Shown: positions 42,711-51,941, counted from the stretch's first letter. The stretch is DNA of 64,000 nucleotides from a bacterium (GCA_046758365.1 JBHIAC010000001.1:84943-148942), one strand, 5' to 3'. Program-made: numbers and translations. Notes: generated by a model from the sequence alone, not told the origin.

Positions 42711-44168
42711 ATGAATGAGATTTCACTGACTTCAATTAACCTTTTCGTAGTTTCTCCAGCCATCGCCCTAACACTTACTGGATTTCTGATTATTGCGTTC
42801 GGATTACTGTTTCCAAAAATATTTCGTAGGGGTATTTTGAGCATTGCGCTTATTGGTTTAGCCGTGTCCTTCCTATTTACCTTCAAACTCTGGGACAGCT
42901 ACCAACTTGCTTTTGGAGGCCTGGTTACGGCAGATAATTTTACCTTAATTTTTAACTGTATTTTCCTTATAGGTGCAGGTCTCAGTTTGCTCCTTGCTTT
43001 TAATGAACATGAAGGTCATTATTTGCTTTATCCTGAATTTTTTGCTATTGTCTTGTTTGCCACGGTTGGTATGATATTTATGGCGGCGGGAACCAATCTT
43101 TTAACGATTTTTCTGGGATTGGAGACTCTTTCCATTTCACTTTATATTTTAGCAGGATTTAAAAGAACTGAATCTAAGTCTCTGGAAGCAGCTTTTAAAT
43201 ATTTTCTTTTAGGCGCCTTTGCAAGTGCGTTTTTACTCTATGGAATCGCTCTAATCTTTGGTGCCACCGAAACTCTTGATCTGCGTAAAATAGCGGGCTT
43301 TGCCGCTACCAACTCCGTTTTCAATGATCCTTTTATGATACTGGGTGGAATACTTGTGATTGTTGGGTTTGGATTTAAGGTGGCTATGTTTCCTTTTCAT
43401 ATGTGGGCTCCCGATGTTTATCAAGGCGCGCCGACACCCATTACTGCGTTTATGTCTACGGGTTCCAAGGCGGCAGGATTTGCGGCCATGCTTCGAGTTC
43501 TTTCAGCGGCTACCAATGGAACCGTGACCGATTGGGTGCATATCCTTTGGGTGACCGCGGTCATCACTATGTTTGTTGGCAATATTGCGGCTCTTGTTCA
43601 ATCAAACCTAAAACGAATGTTGGCCTATTCCTCTATTGCCCATGCAGGTTACATTCTAGTAGGAATGGTCGCTTGGAATGAAGTAGGAAAATCAAGTGTT
43701 ATTTTTTATCTGCTTGCCTATACTTTTATGAACATCGGTGCGTTTGGTGTGATTTCTTTTTTAAGCACCAAAGAAAAAGAGCTTTTGGAACTCAACGATT
43801 TTAAAGGATTGGGTTATCACCGGCCTCTCATCGCCGTGGTTATGGCGATCTTTATGTTTTCTTTGGCTGGTCTTCCACCAACGGCGGGATTTATGGGCAA
43901 ATTTTACTTATTTAGTGCCGCGGTCAAGGCCGGTCATATTCCACTTGTAGTAATCGCGGTCATTAATTCCATGATTTCTCTATACTATTATTTGGGGATC
44001 GTAGTGGTTATGTTTATGAAAGATGCCGAAAGTAAGATGGCACCTAAGGTTACACTGCCAGCGGTTTCGTTTAGTTTATTATTAGCGGTTGTTGGAACCT
44101 TGAGCTTAGGTCTCTTCCCTTCCCGATGGATGGAAACTTTTCAACGACTGGTTGGCCAAATGATGTAA
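42711..44168 (+). CDS. nuoN: NADH-quinone oxidoreductase subunit N
   Basis: LETLS, EAAFKYF, FKVA.FPFH.WAPDVYQGAP and KRMLAYSSIAH. Confidence 0.96.
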   Translation: MNEISLTSINLFVVSPAIALTLTGFLIIAFGLLFPKIFRRGILSIALIGLAVSFLFTFKLWDSYQLAFGGLVTADNFTLIFNCIFLIGAGLSLLLAFNEHEGHYLLYPEFFAIVLFATVGMIFMAAGTNLLTIFLGLETLSISLYILAGFKRTESKSLEAAFKYFLLGAFASAFLLYGIALIFGATETLDLRKIAGFAATNSVFNDPFMILGGILVIVGFGFKVAMFPFHMWAPDVYQGAPTPITAFMSTGSKAAGFAAMLRVLSAATNGTVTDWVHILWVTAVITMFVGNIAALVQSNLKRMLAYSSIAHAGYILVGMVAWNEVGKSSVIFYLLAYTFMNIGAFGVISFLSTKEKELLELNDFKGLGYHRPLIAVVMAIFMFSLAGLPPTAGFMGKFYLFSAAVKAGHIPLVVIAVINSMISLYYYLGIVVVMFMKDAESKMAPKVTLPAVSFSLLLAVVGTLSLGLFPSRWMETFQRLVGQMM

Positions 44169-44191
44169 TGAAATGGGAAATGGAAGGATGA

Positions 44192-44338
44192 AAAGTCATA
44201 ATTACTTTAATGACCAAAATTCAAAATTCTAAAAGAGAAGATATTTTTATCTATCATTGAAAAATCAAAATAGAGTTGGTTATTTGGTCATTGGATGTTG
44301 GCATTTATTTGTGATTTGGAATTTGAGATTTGTGATTT
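44192..44338. repeat. Degenerate 7-mer inverted-repeat element, same family as the carA/carB element
   Basis: aatgaccaaaattcaaaattctaaa (44209) resembles aatgaccaaaatacaaaactccaaa (31954); 3' arm ...ttgtgat ttggaat ttgagat ttgtgattt. Confidence 0.7.
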
Positions 44339-44356
44339 AAAATTTTTGTCCAAGGA

Positions 44357-45295
44357 ATGAAAAAAGTCATGAGCGGGAATTACCTTGAAATTTTAGAATC
44401 CGTTAAAAATGACCGAACTTCTGGTGCGTGGGTAGTGGCCCGAAAAGCTATACAGTGTTTGGAGGCATTAGCCAAAGAGAAATCTGCTGCCGATGTGAAG
44501 GAATTAGTAGGTGAGGTTGAGAGAGTAGCCCGTGAAATTTTACAAGCTCAACCCGGAATGGCACAATTAACTAATCTTTTTAACGCCATATTTTTTACTA
44601 TTGAAAATGAAACTTCGGACAAAGCGCTTATTTGGTCAAGAAAGATTTCAGGGGAGGTCATTCGATTTAATGAATTTTCACGAAATGCTGTCACTAAGGT
44701 GGCGGAGTACGGGGCGAAATTAATCACGCAGGACTCGGTGGTACTGACCCACAGCAACAGCAGTACTATTTTAGAAATCTTTAAAAAAGCCCATGCAGAA
44801 GATAAATCTTTTCAAGTGATAATTACTGAATCACGACCAGTATGTGAGGGAAGGGAGCGGGCAATAGAACTTTCTAAATTGGGAATTCAATCTCTATATC
44901 TAATTGATGCTGCGATAGGAGTGGGAGTTGAACGTGCTGACATCGTGTTGTTGGGTGCGGACAGTTTAACGGAAAATTCACTGGTAAATAAAATCGGTAC
45001 CAAAGCCATTTGTTTACTTTCTCGTGAGGCCGTTATTCCATGCTACACAGCCTGTGAATCCAGCAAATTTACGCCTCAAAAACTTAGTCCTAAAAAGGAG
45101 CAACCGAGAGACCCAAAAGAAGTTTGGGATCATCCTCCGTCGGAAACTTCAATTGAAAATTACTACTTTGACGAAGTTCCTTTAGAGCTCTTTACAGGAA
45201 TAATTACTGAAGAAGGCATATTGACACCAACAGAAATTGGTGGTAAGATCAGATCGCGGAAAATGAGCCCTAAGCTGATTGAGTTGTTGAAATAA
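44357..45295 (+). CDS. eIF-2B alpha/beta/delta (IF-2B) family protein
   Basis: SGA, QPGMA, LTHSNS, TESRP..EG, LGAD, NKIGT, ENYYFDEVP and IITEEG. Confidence 0.88.
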   Translation: MKKVMSGNYLEILESVKNDRTSGAWVVARKAIQCLEALAKEKSAADVKELVGEVERVAREILQAQPGMAQLTNLFNAIFFTIENETSDKALIWSRKISGEVIRFNEFSRNAVTKVAEYGAKLITQDSVVLTHSNSSTILEIFKKAHAEDKSFQVIITESRPVCEGRERAIELSKLGIQSLYLIDAAIGVGVERADIVLLGADSLTENSLVNKIGTKAICLLSREAVIPCYTACESSKFTPQKLSPKKEQPRDPKEVWDHPPSETSIENYYFDEVPLELFTGIITEEGILTPTEIGGKIRSRKMSPKLIELLK

Positions 45296-45308
45296 TAGGA
45301 GTTCTTGA

Positions 45309-46802
45309 ATGGAAATAAAATACAAGAAAACAGTTTTGGAAAATGAAAAATGCAATGCCTTGGTTTTAGGAATCCAGAAAGATGAGTCTGAATTAGTAAT
45401 ATCTGGTAATGCTCGCTTAAAAAAAGTTTGTGACAACTTTCTAACCACTAAAGACTTTAGAGGTAAATTAAATGAGACCACTTTGCTTTATACGCAGGAA
45501 TCGTTAGCAGCCAGACGAATTCTTTTCGTGGGATTAGGAGAAGTTGAGCAATACACTTTAGAAAGGCTACGTCAGGCCGTAGGGACCGCTGCTAAGACTT
45601 TGATGCAGTTGGGTCTTAAACAATTTGCGTTGGCTATTGAATCTTTTCTGCCTGAAAAATCCAAAACTGATGAAGCCACGCAAGCCGCTACTGAAGGTGT
45701 AGTATTAGCTATTTATCAATATACCAAATTTAAAGAAGTGCAACCAGAAGATGAAATTTCTGTGGAAGAAGTCACCTATATTTTTGAGTCGCCAAATATA
45801 ATCAAGGGGGTGCAAGAAGGAATTCATCGAGGCAAAATTGTAGCGGAGGCTGTCAACTTTACTAGGGATTTACAAAATCACCCGGGAAATTGGGTAACAC
45901 CGACGCGACTGGCAGAAATTGCACAGGATATGGCACAAGCGGTTAGTTTGAAATGCCAGATTTTAGATAAGCCCGATATGGAAAAATTAGGGATGGGCGC
46001 TCTATTAGGGGTGGCCAAGGGCAGTCAGGAACCACCGAAATTTATTATTTTAGAACACAATTCTGCTAAACCAGAACTAGAGACCATGGTTTTTGTGGGA
46101 AAAGGAATTACCTTTGACAGTGGGGGGATTTCCATAAAACCTAGTGACAAAATGGATGAGATGAAATTCGACATGTCCGGGGGTGCAGCGATTATTGGTG
46201 CTATGAAAGCCATTGCTCAACTGGATATTCCTCTTCATGTGGTGGGCCTGATTCCAGCGACAGAAAATCTCCCCAGTGGTACTTCCATGAAACCAGGAGA
46301 TATTTTGCAGGCCAGTTCAGGAACCACCATCGAAATTGTAAATACCGACGCTGAGGGTCGATTAATTTTGGCAGATGCTTTAGTTTATGCCAAACAATAT
46401 CATCCTCAAGCTGTGGTGGATTTGGCTACTTTAACTGGCGCCTGTGTCGTGGCATTAGGACATTATGCCACCGGTCTGTTGGGCAAAGATACAAAGCTGC
46501 TCAATCGTCTAAAACAGGCCGGTGAAAAAACCGGTGAGCGTCTTTGGGAACTGCCTCTCTGGGACGAATACAGCGAAGACATTAAAAGCGATTATGCCGA
46601 TGTGAAGAATTCTGCGGGACGTTGGGGAGGAGCCATCACCGCGGCCACTTTTTTAGCTAAGTTCGTTGAGGGGTATTCATGGGCTCATTTAGATATTGCC
46701 GGAACCGCCTGGACCGACAAAGACAAGCCTTACATTCCTAAAGGAGGTACAGGTGTGGGGGTTCGACTTATCGTGCAGTTTTTAAGGGATTTAGTAGAGT
46801 AG
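45309..46802 (+). CDS. pepA: Leucyl aminopeptidase (M17)
   Basis: VGKGITFDSGG, MKFDMSG, NTDAEGRL, DLATLTGA and HLDIAG. Confidence 0.96.
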   Translation: MEIKYKKTVLENEKCNALVLGIQKDESELVISGNARLKKVCDNFLTTKDFRGKLNETTLLYTQESLAARRILFVGLGEVEQYTLERLRQAVGTAAKTLMQLGLKQFALAIESFLPEKSKTDEATQAATEGVVLAIYQYTKFKEVQPEDEISVEEVTYIFESPNIIKGVQEGIHRGKIVAEAVNFTRDLQNHPGNWVTPTRLAEIAQDMAQAVSLKCQILDKPDMEKLGMGALLGVAKGSQEPPKFIILEHNSAKPELETMVFVGKGITFDSGGISIKPSDKMDEMKFDMSGGAAIIGAMKAIAQLDIPLHVVGLIPATENLPSGTSMKPGDILQASSGTTIEIVNTDAEGRLILADALVYAKQYHPQAVVDLATLTGACVVALGHYATGLLGKDTKLLNRLKQAGEKTGERLWELPLWDEYSEDIKSDYADVKNSAGRWGGAITAATFLAKFVEGYSWAHLDIAGTAWTDKDKPYIPKGGTGVGVRLIVQFLRDLVE

Positions 46803-46820
46803 AAGTAAATTTTGAGAATT

Positions 46821-46836
46821 TATATATATATATATA
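46821..46836. repeat. (TA)8 microsatellite
   Basis: tatatatatatatata just downstream of the pepA stop. Confidence 0.9.
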
Positions 46837-46846
46837 CAATTAAGTT

Positions 46847-46880
46847 TCGGAAAATCTGTTTTTCCGATCTTTAATTTTTT
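46847..46880 (+). terminator. Possible intrinsic terminator after pepA
   Basis: TCGGAAAA-TCTGT-TTTTCCGA hairpin followed by a T-rich tail. Confidence 0.5.
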
Positions 46881-46887
46881 ATCCATA

Positions 46888-47006
46888 ATTATTAATGACG
46901 TAGGTGTAAAAAAGGTTGCTTGTTAAAAATCTGAAGTTGTAAATATTGAAATTACGATTGCTTAAAGTTAATATTATCCTGTTTTTGCACCAACGTCATT
47001 AATAAT
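46888..47006. mobile_element. MITE-like element, 119 bp, with terminal inverted repeats of about 28 bp
   Basis: ATTATTAATGACGTAGGTGTAAAAAAGG ... CCTGTTTTTGCACCAACGTCATTAATAAT. Confidence 0.65.
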
Positions 47007-47027
47007 AAAAATAATTTTAAAAATTTC

Positions 47028-47056
47028 TTGCAATTGGCACGATTATTTGTTATATT
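47028..47056 (+). promoter_or_regulatory. Sigma70-type promoter of ffh
   Basis: TTGCAA-N17-TATATT with extended TG. Confidence 0.7.
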
Positions 47057-47092
47057 TTTCAGCTTAAAATAATAAAATATATTAATTCTATT

Positions 47093-47125
47093 AAGAAATT
47101 CACAGAAATTTTCTGTGAATTTCTT
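47093..47125. promoter_or_regulatory. Perfect palindrome with 16-bp arms in the ffh leader
   Basis: AAGAAATTCACAGAAA-T-TTTCTGTGAATTTCTT, ending 20 nt before the ATG. Confidence 0.6.
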
Positions 47126-47145
47126 TTATCAAATCATTCGTAAAT

Positions 47146-48462
47146 ATGTTTCAGGAATTAACTGTCAAATTTGAAGGCGTTTTTAAAAGACTCCGCGGTC
47201 ACGGAAAGCTAACTGAGAAGAATCTTTTAGAAACCATGCGGGAAATCCGGCGGGTTTTACTGGAAGCGGATGTAAATTTCAAAGTGGCCAAAGATTTTAT
47301 AGCTAAGGTTCAGGCAAAGGCTTTAGGGCAGGAAGTTCTTAAAAGTATCACCCCGGCCCAACAGGTTATTAAAATTATCCATGATGAATTAACCGCTCTG
47401 ATGGGGAATTCGGAGGCTTTCATTAAAACGGCCAGCTTTCCTCCAACAGTTATAATGTTGGTAGGGCTTCAAGGCTCAGGTAAAACAACTTTGGCAGCAA
47501 AGTTAGCAAAATATCTAAAAAATCGTGGGCGCAGTCCCTTGTTGGTCGCGGCTGACCTCCAGCGGCCTGCGGCCGTGGATCAGTTGAAAATCGTGGGTGA
47601 ACAGGTCGGTGTCAGCGTATTAACCAATTATGATAGTACAGCCATTCAGGTGTGTGTTGAAGCCAGGGAGCAAGCCAGACAAAAGGGTAATGATACTGTG
47701 ATATTTGATACCGCGGGTCGGCTTCATATTGATCAAGAGTTAATGGATGAACTTTCGCAAATTAAAGAAAAAACTCAACCGGATGAGATCCTGTTTGTTG
47801 CCGACGGAATGACCGGTCAGGATGCTGTGAACACGGCCCAGGATTTTGCAGAACGATTAGATTTTACCGGTATCGTTTTAACGAAATTGGATGGCGATGC
47901 CCGGGGCGGTGCTGCACTCTCCATCCGGGCTGTAACTGGCAAACCCATCAAGTTTATCAGCGTTGGGGAGAAATTTGATGCGCTAGAGAAGTTTCATCCC
48001 GACCGAATGGCTTCAAGGATTCTCGGAATGGGAGACGTGGTATCCCTGGTAGAAAAAGCTCAGAAAGCCGTCGATCAAGAAAAAGCCCAAAGAATCGAAA
48101 AGAAATTACGACGACAAGAGTTTACCCTTGAAGATTTCTACGACCAACTTCAGCAAATTAAAAAAATGGGGCCGCTTGAAGAACTCGTCCAAATGATTCC
48201 CGGATTGGGGGGGAAAGCTATAACGGGAATGCAAGTGGATGACGGGGCACTGGTACACATAGAGGCAATGATTAATTCCATGACACCGGAAGAAAGAAGG
48301 CGACCTCATTTAATTAATGGCAGTCGTAGAAGGCGCATTGCCAGTGGGAGTGGAACAAGCGTTCAAGATGTAAATAAGCTTCTCAATCAATTTCAGATGA
48401 TGCAGAAAATGGTCAAGAAAATTAGTAAGTTTGGCCTTAAAGGTATGCCATTTCGTTTTTAA
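47146..48462 (+). CDS. ffh: Signal recognition particle protein
   Basis: LLEADV, GLQGSGKTT, DTAGR, TKLDGDARGG and M domain SRRRRIASGSG. Confidence 0.98.
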   Translation: MFQELTVKFEGVFKRLRGHGKLTEKNLLETMREIRRVLLEADVNFKVAKDFIAKVQAKALGQEVLKSITPAQQVIKIIHDELTALMGNSEAFIKTASFPPTVIMLVGLQGSGKTTLAAKLAKYLKNRGRSPLLVAADLQRPAAVDQLKIVGEQVGVSVLTNYDSTAIQVCVEAREQARQKGNDTVIFDTAGRLHIDQELMDELSQIKEKTQPDEILFVADGMTGQDAVNTAQDFAERLDFTGIVLTKLDGDARGGAALSIRAVTGKPIKFISVGEKFDALEKFHPDRMASRILGMGDVVSLVEKAQKAVDQEKAQRIEKKLRRQEFTLEDFYDQLQQIKKMGPLEELVQMIPGLGGKAITGMQVDDGALVHIEAMINSMTPEERRRPHLINGSRRRRIASGSGTSVQDVNKLLNQFQMMQKMVKKISKFGLKGMPFRF

Positions 48463-48582
48463 TAGCTAAAGATTTACATACAAATATGAAAACTAATATT
48501 TTGATAAAAATTAAGAGAAGGTCAGCTTTTTGCAGTATAATTATGAATTATTCATTTGAAAAATATTTATAGGAGGCTGGGT

Positions 48583-49347
48583 TTGGCAGTAACATTACGA
48601 TTAAGAAGAATTGGAAAAAAGAAACAGCCGTTTTACCGAATTGTGGCTATTAATTCCAGAGCTGCACGGGGAGGAAGATATATAGAAAATATAGGGACTT
48701 ACAATCCATTAACAAATCCTGCAAAAATTGAACTCAAAGAAGATAGAGCCTTGTATTGGTTAAAACAAGGAGCCATTCCTTCAGATACCGTTCGAAGTTT
48801 TTTAAGAAGAAAAGGCATTCTGTTGAAGTGGCACTTAATAAAAAGAGGGGTTGATGAAGCAGGCATTGAGGAGGAGTTAAAGAAATGGGAAGTGCTTCAG
48901 TTAGAAAGACAAAAAAGACGAGAGGCATTAGCTGAACAGAAGAAGCGTGAAGTAATAGAAAAGAGTGCAGTTGAAGCAGAACCTGAAGCTGAATTGAAAG
49001 AAGAAGGCGTAAAGGCCTCTACTGAACGTGACCTTGAGGCTGTCGAAGTTACTGAGGAGTCCAAAAAAAAGGTCTCTGAAAAAGAGGAAGAAAAGCAAAT
49101 CAAAGCCTCGAATAAGAAAGACACGGAAACAGTAAAAGCTAAAACTGATGAGAAGAAGCGTAAAGTAAAAGAGAAGAGAACAGCTAAAGTAGAAACGAAA
49201 GCTGAATTAGAAGAAGAAGGTGTCAAGGCAACTCCTGATAAAGACCTTGAGGCTGTCGAAGTTACTGAGGAATCCAAAGAAAAAGTCTCTAAAAAAAATG
49301 AACAAAAACAAACCGGGCCTCGAAAAAGAAAGACAAGGAATAATTAA
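48583..49347 (+). CDS. rpsP: 30S ribosomal protein S16 with long repetitive Glu/Lys C-terminal extension
   Basis: TTG start after AGGAGG (48571); LRLRRIGKKKQPFYRIV...GTYNP...GAIPSDTV. Confidence 0.95.
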   Translation: MAVTLRLRRIGKKKQPFYRIVAINSRAARGGRYIENIGTYNPLTNPAKIELKEDRALYWLKQGAIPSDTVRSFLRRKGILLKWHLIKRGVDEAGIEEELKKWEVLQLERQKRREALAEQKKREVIEKSAVEAEPEAELKEEGVKASTERDLEAVEVTEESKKKVSEKEEEKQIKASNKKDTETVKAKTDEKKRKVKEKRTAKVETKAELEEEGVKATPDKDLEAVEVTEESKEKVSKKNEQKQTGPRKRKTRNN

Positions 49348-49589
49348 AAGCCAAAGCTAACAAAAAATCACAGGAAGTGATTATTGAATCAAATGAAATT
49401 AGAAATTATACTCTATATGTTGCAGAATCTGTCGAAAAAACAAAATCAGTCTCCCATATATAAATTTGATCTCGGTGCAATAAGACAATTTTTTATTATG
49501 TGCTTCCAAGGGAGTAGTTAAAGTATAAATATTAAAGGCCCCAGTATGATTCAAAGGGTTTAGGCAGATACTCAAATGGAGGTTATGAA

Positions 49590-49820
49590 ATGAAGGAGTT
49601 CATCGAATTCATCGTCAAGCACCTAGTTGATAAACCTGATGAGGTCTACGTTAACGAGATCGATGGGGAGCGTACAGTGGTTTATGAATTGCGTGTTGGA
49701 GAAGGCGACATGGGCAAGGTCATAGGACGGCGAGGACAAACAGCAAGGTCTTTAAGAACCCTGCTGGCTGCAGCCTCTGCAAAAATGGGAAAACGAGCCG
49801 TTCTCGAAATCCTTGAATAG
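49590..49820 (+). CDS. khpA: KH-domain RNA-binding protein (UPF0109)
   Basis: LVDKPDEV and [13 protein letters not shown]; conserved position between rpsP and rimM. Confidence 0.93.
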   Translation: MKEFIEFIVKHLVDKPDEVYVNEIDGERTVVYELRVGEGDMGKVIGRRGQTARSLRTLLAAASAKMGKRAVLEILE

Positions 49821-49831
49821 CACTAAAAAAT

Positions 49832-50353
49832 GTGAATAGGAAATTACCAGATTTCGTTGATATTGGCTATATTGATAAACCACACGGAATCAAAGGCGAG
49901 GTCAAGGTAAGACCTACAACAGATCACCCTCTAAGATTTAAACAATTAAAATCGGTTTTAATCGAATTCCCCCATGGTGCTTTTAAAAAGTTAGAAATCT
50001 CAAAGGTAACCGTGCAGGGGCAGATTGTTTATCTTTGTTTTAAAAAAATTGATTCGCGACAGCAAGCCCTTGCTTTGAAAGGCTCTACAATAAAAATCAA
50101 AAGAGATGAATGTTTGCCCCTTGAAGAAGGGCAATTCTATCATTTTGAAATAGTTGGATTAAAGGTAAAAACCAATTCGGGGGAATATATAGGATGTATT
50201 GAGGAGGTTTGGGATTTTCCAGCAAATGCTGTATTCGTTGCTAGAAATAAAGAACGGGAAATTCTTATTCCAGCAATCAAAGATGTGATTCGAAAAATTG
50301 ATGTCAAGAAAGGTGAGATAATCATTCACCCGATGGAAGGACTTTTAGAGTAA
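49832..50353 (+). CDS. rimM: Ribosome maturation factor RimM
   Basis: PHGIKGEV, FYHFEIVG and EILIP; synteny. Confidence 0.95.
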   Translation: MNRKLPDFVDIGYIDKPHGIKGEVKVRPTTDHPLRFKQLKSVLIEFPHGAFKKLEISKVTVQGQIVYLCFKKIDSRQQALALKGSTIKIKRDECLPLEEGQFYHFEIVGLKVKTNSGEYIGCIEEVWDFPANAVFVARNKEREILIPAIKDVIRKIDVKKGEIIIHPMEGLLE

Positions 50354-50362
50354 TATTAACAA

Positions 50363-51043
50363 ATGAAGATATTCATTGTAACTGCATTTCCGAATTTCTT
50401 TAAAGGACCATTCAACGAAAGTATTTTAAAAAGGGCTCAAGAAAAAGAGATTATTAAATTTAAAATTTTGAACCTGCGTGATTTTACCACAGATAAGCAC
50501 AAACAGGTTGATGATTATCCCTACGGGGGCGGACCAGGTATGATTTTAAAACCTGAACCATTTTTTAGAGCCGTTGACTTTATTCAAAATGAAGAGAATT
50601 TAACCAATCCAAAAATATTGTTGATGACCCCCCAGGGTAAAATGTATACACAGAAAAAAGCCAAAGAGCTTACTCAAGAACCGTCCCTAATATTTCTTTG
50701 TGGACATTACAAGGGCATTGATGAGCGCGTTAGTGAGTATTTGGCTACGGAAGAAATCTCTATTGGCGATTATATTTTAACAGGCGGAGAGTTGGCCGCA
50801 TTGGTGGTAGTGGATTCTATAGTGCGTTTGCTTCCTGGCGTTATCAGTGATTTTGATTCAGCAATATCGGATTCATTTGAACAAGGGATATTGGATTGTC
50901 CCTATTACACGCGGCCCGAAATTTTTCGTGGTATGAAGGTGCCAGATATTTTACTTTCCGGCAATCACGCTGAAATTGAAAAATGGCGCCGAGAGAAATC
51001 ACTCATGCGAACTAAGAAACGACGAAGTGACCTTTTAAATTAG
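50363..51043 (+). CDS. trmD: tRNA (guanine37-N1)-methyltransferase
   Basis: VDDYPYGGGPGM, SIGDYILTGGE and LLSGNH. Confidence 0.97.
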   Translation: MKIFIVTAFPNFFKGPFNESILKRAQEKEIIKFKILNLRDFTTDKHKQVDDYPYGGGPGMILKPEPFFRAVDFIQNEENLTNPKILLMTPQGKMYTQKKAKELTQEPSLIFLCGHYKGIDERVSEYLATEEISIGDYILTGGELAALVVVDSIVRLLPGVISDFDSAISDSFEQGILDCPYYTRPEIFRGMKVPDILLSGNHAEIEKWRREKSLMRTKKRRSDLLN

Positions 51044-51092
51044 ATTAAAGGATATTTGATATTTATAGAATTGTATTGGGAGGTAAACACTC

Positions 51093-51434
51093 ATGAATAA
51101 GATAGATGCTTTAATAGCAGGAGAATTAAAGACCGATATTCTTGATTTTGGACCTGGGGACACTGTAGCTGTCCATTCAAAAGTTATAGAAGGTGATAAA
51201 GAAAGAATTCAAGTTTTTGAAGGTGTAGTCATAAAAAGAAAGGGCAACGGGATTAACGAAACATTCACCGTCCGAAAAATTTCAAATGGAATCGGAGTTG
51301 AGCGAATTTATCCGGTTCATTCTCCTAATATTGATAAGATTGTGAAATTAAAATCCGGGAAAGTTAGAAGAGCGAAGTTATATTATTTACGAGGTCTAAA
51401 AGGTAAAGCAGCGCGTATTACCGAGAAGAGATAA
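51093..51434 (+). CDS. rplS: 50S ribosomal protein L19
   Basis: [22 protein letters not shown] and [12 protein letters not shown]. Confidence 0.98.
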   Translation: MNKIDALIAGELKTDILDFGPGDTVAVHSKVIEGDKERIQVFEGVVIKRKGNGINETFTVRKISNGIGVERIYPVHSPNIDKIVKLKSGKVRRAKLYYLRGLKGKAARITEKR

Positions 51435-51458
51435 TATCAGATAAATGGAGGCGAGACC

Positions 51459-51941
51459 ATGAAGCTCGAAACCGTTAAAGTCGAGAAACCAGAAGGGCTT
51501 AATATGATTATGGGGCAATCACACTTTATTAAAACGGTCGAAGATATCCATGAAACTCTCGTAGGGACTATTCCTGGAATTAAATTTGGGCTTGCATTTA
51601 ATGAGTCTTCAGGGCCCAGATTAGTGAGATATTCAGGTACAGATGACAAATTAATTGATTTAGCCAAAAAGAATGCCAATAACATTGGAGCCGGTCACCT
51701 TTTTGTATTATTTTTGGAAAATGCCTTTCCAATAAACATTATGAAGGCGCTGAAGGAAGTACCAGAAATTTGCGAAATTTACTGTGCCACGGCTAACCCT
51801 GTTGAAGTGATAGTTGCACAAACAGACCAGGGTCGAGGGGTCTTAGGTTTGATTGATGGTTATTCACCTTTGGCCGAGGAGAAGGACGAGGATATTAAAG
51901 AGCGAAAAGAGTTTTTAAGAAAGATAGGTTATAAATTGTAA
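51459..51941 (+). CDS. DUF355 / adenosine-specific kinase family protein
   Basis: GQSHFIKTVED, FNESSG, CATANP, GRGVLG.IDG and LRKIGYK. Confidence 0.88.
   Translation: MKLETVKVEKPEGLNMIMGQSHFIKTVEDIHETLVGTIPGIKFGLAFNESSGPRLVRYSGTDDKLIDLAKKNANNIGAGHLFVLFLENAFPINIMKALKEVPEICEIYCATANPVEVIVAQTDQGRGVLGLIDGYSPLAEEKDEDIKERKEFLRKIGYKL

Noticed and set aside
38059..44168. Mrp antiporter operon
   Set aside because: The subunits carry NuoJ/K/L/M/N signatures in nuo order, and there is no MrpE/F/G.
47034..47051. Sigma54 promoter (TTGGCACG) before ffh
   Set aside because: There is no GC at the required spacing, and the sequence is the spacer of a good sigma70 promoter.
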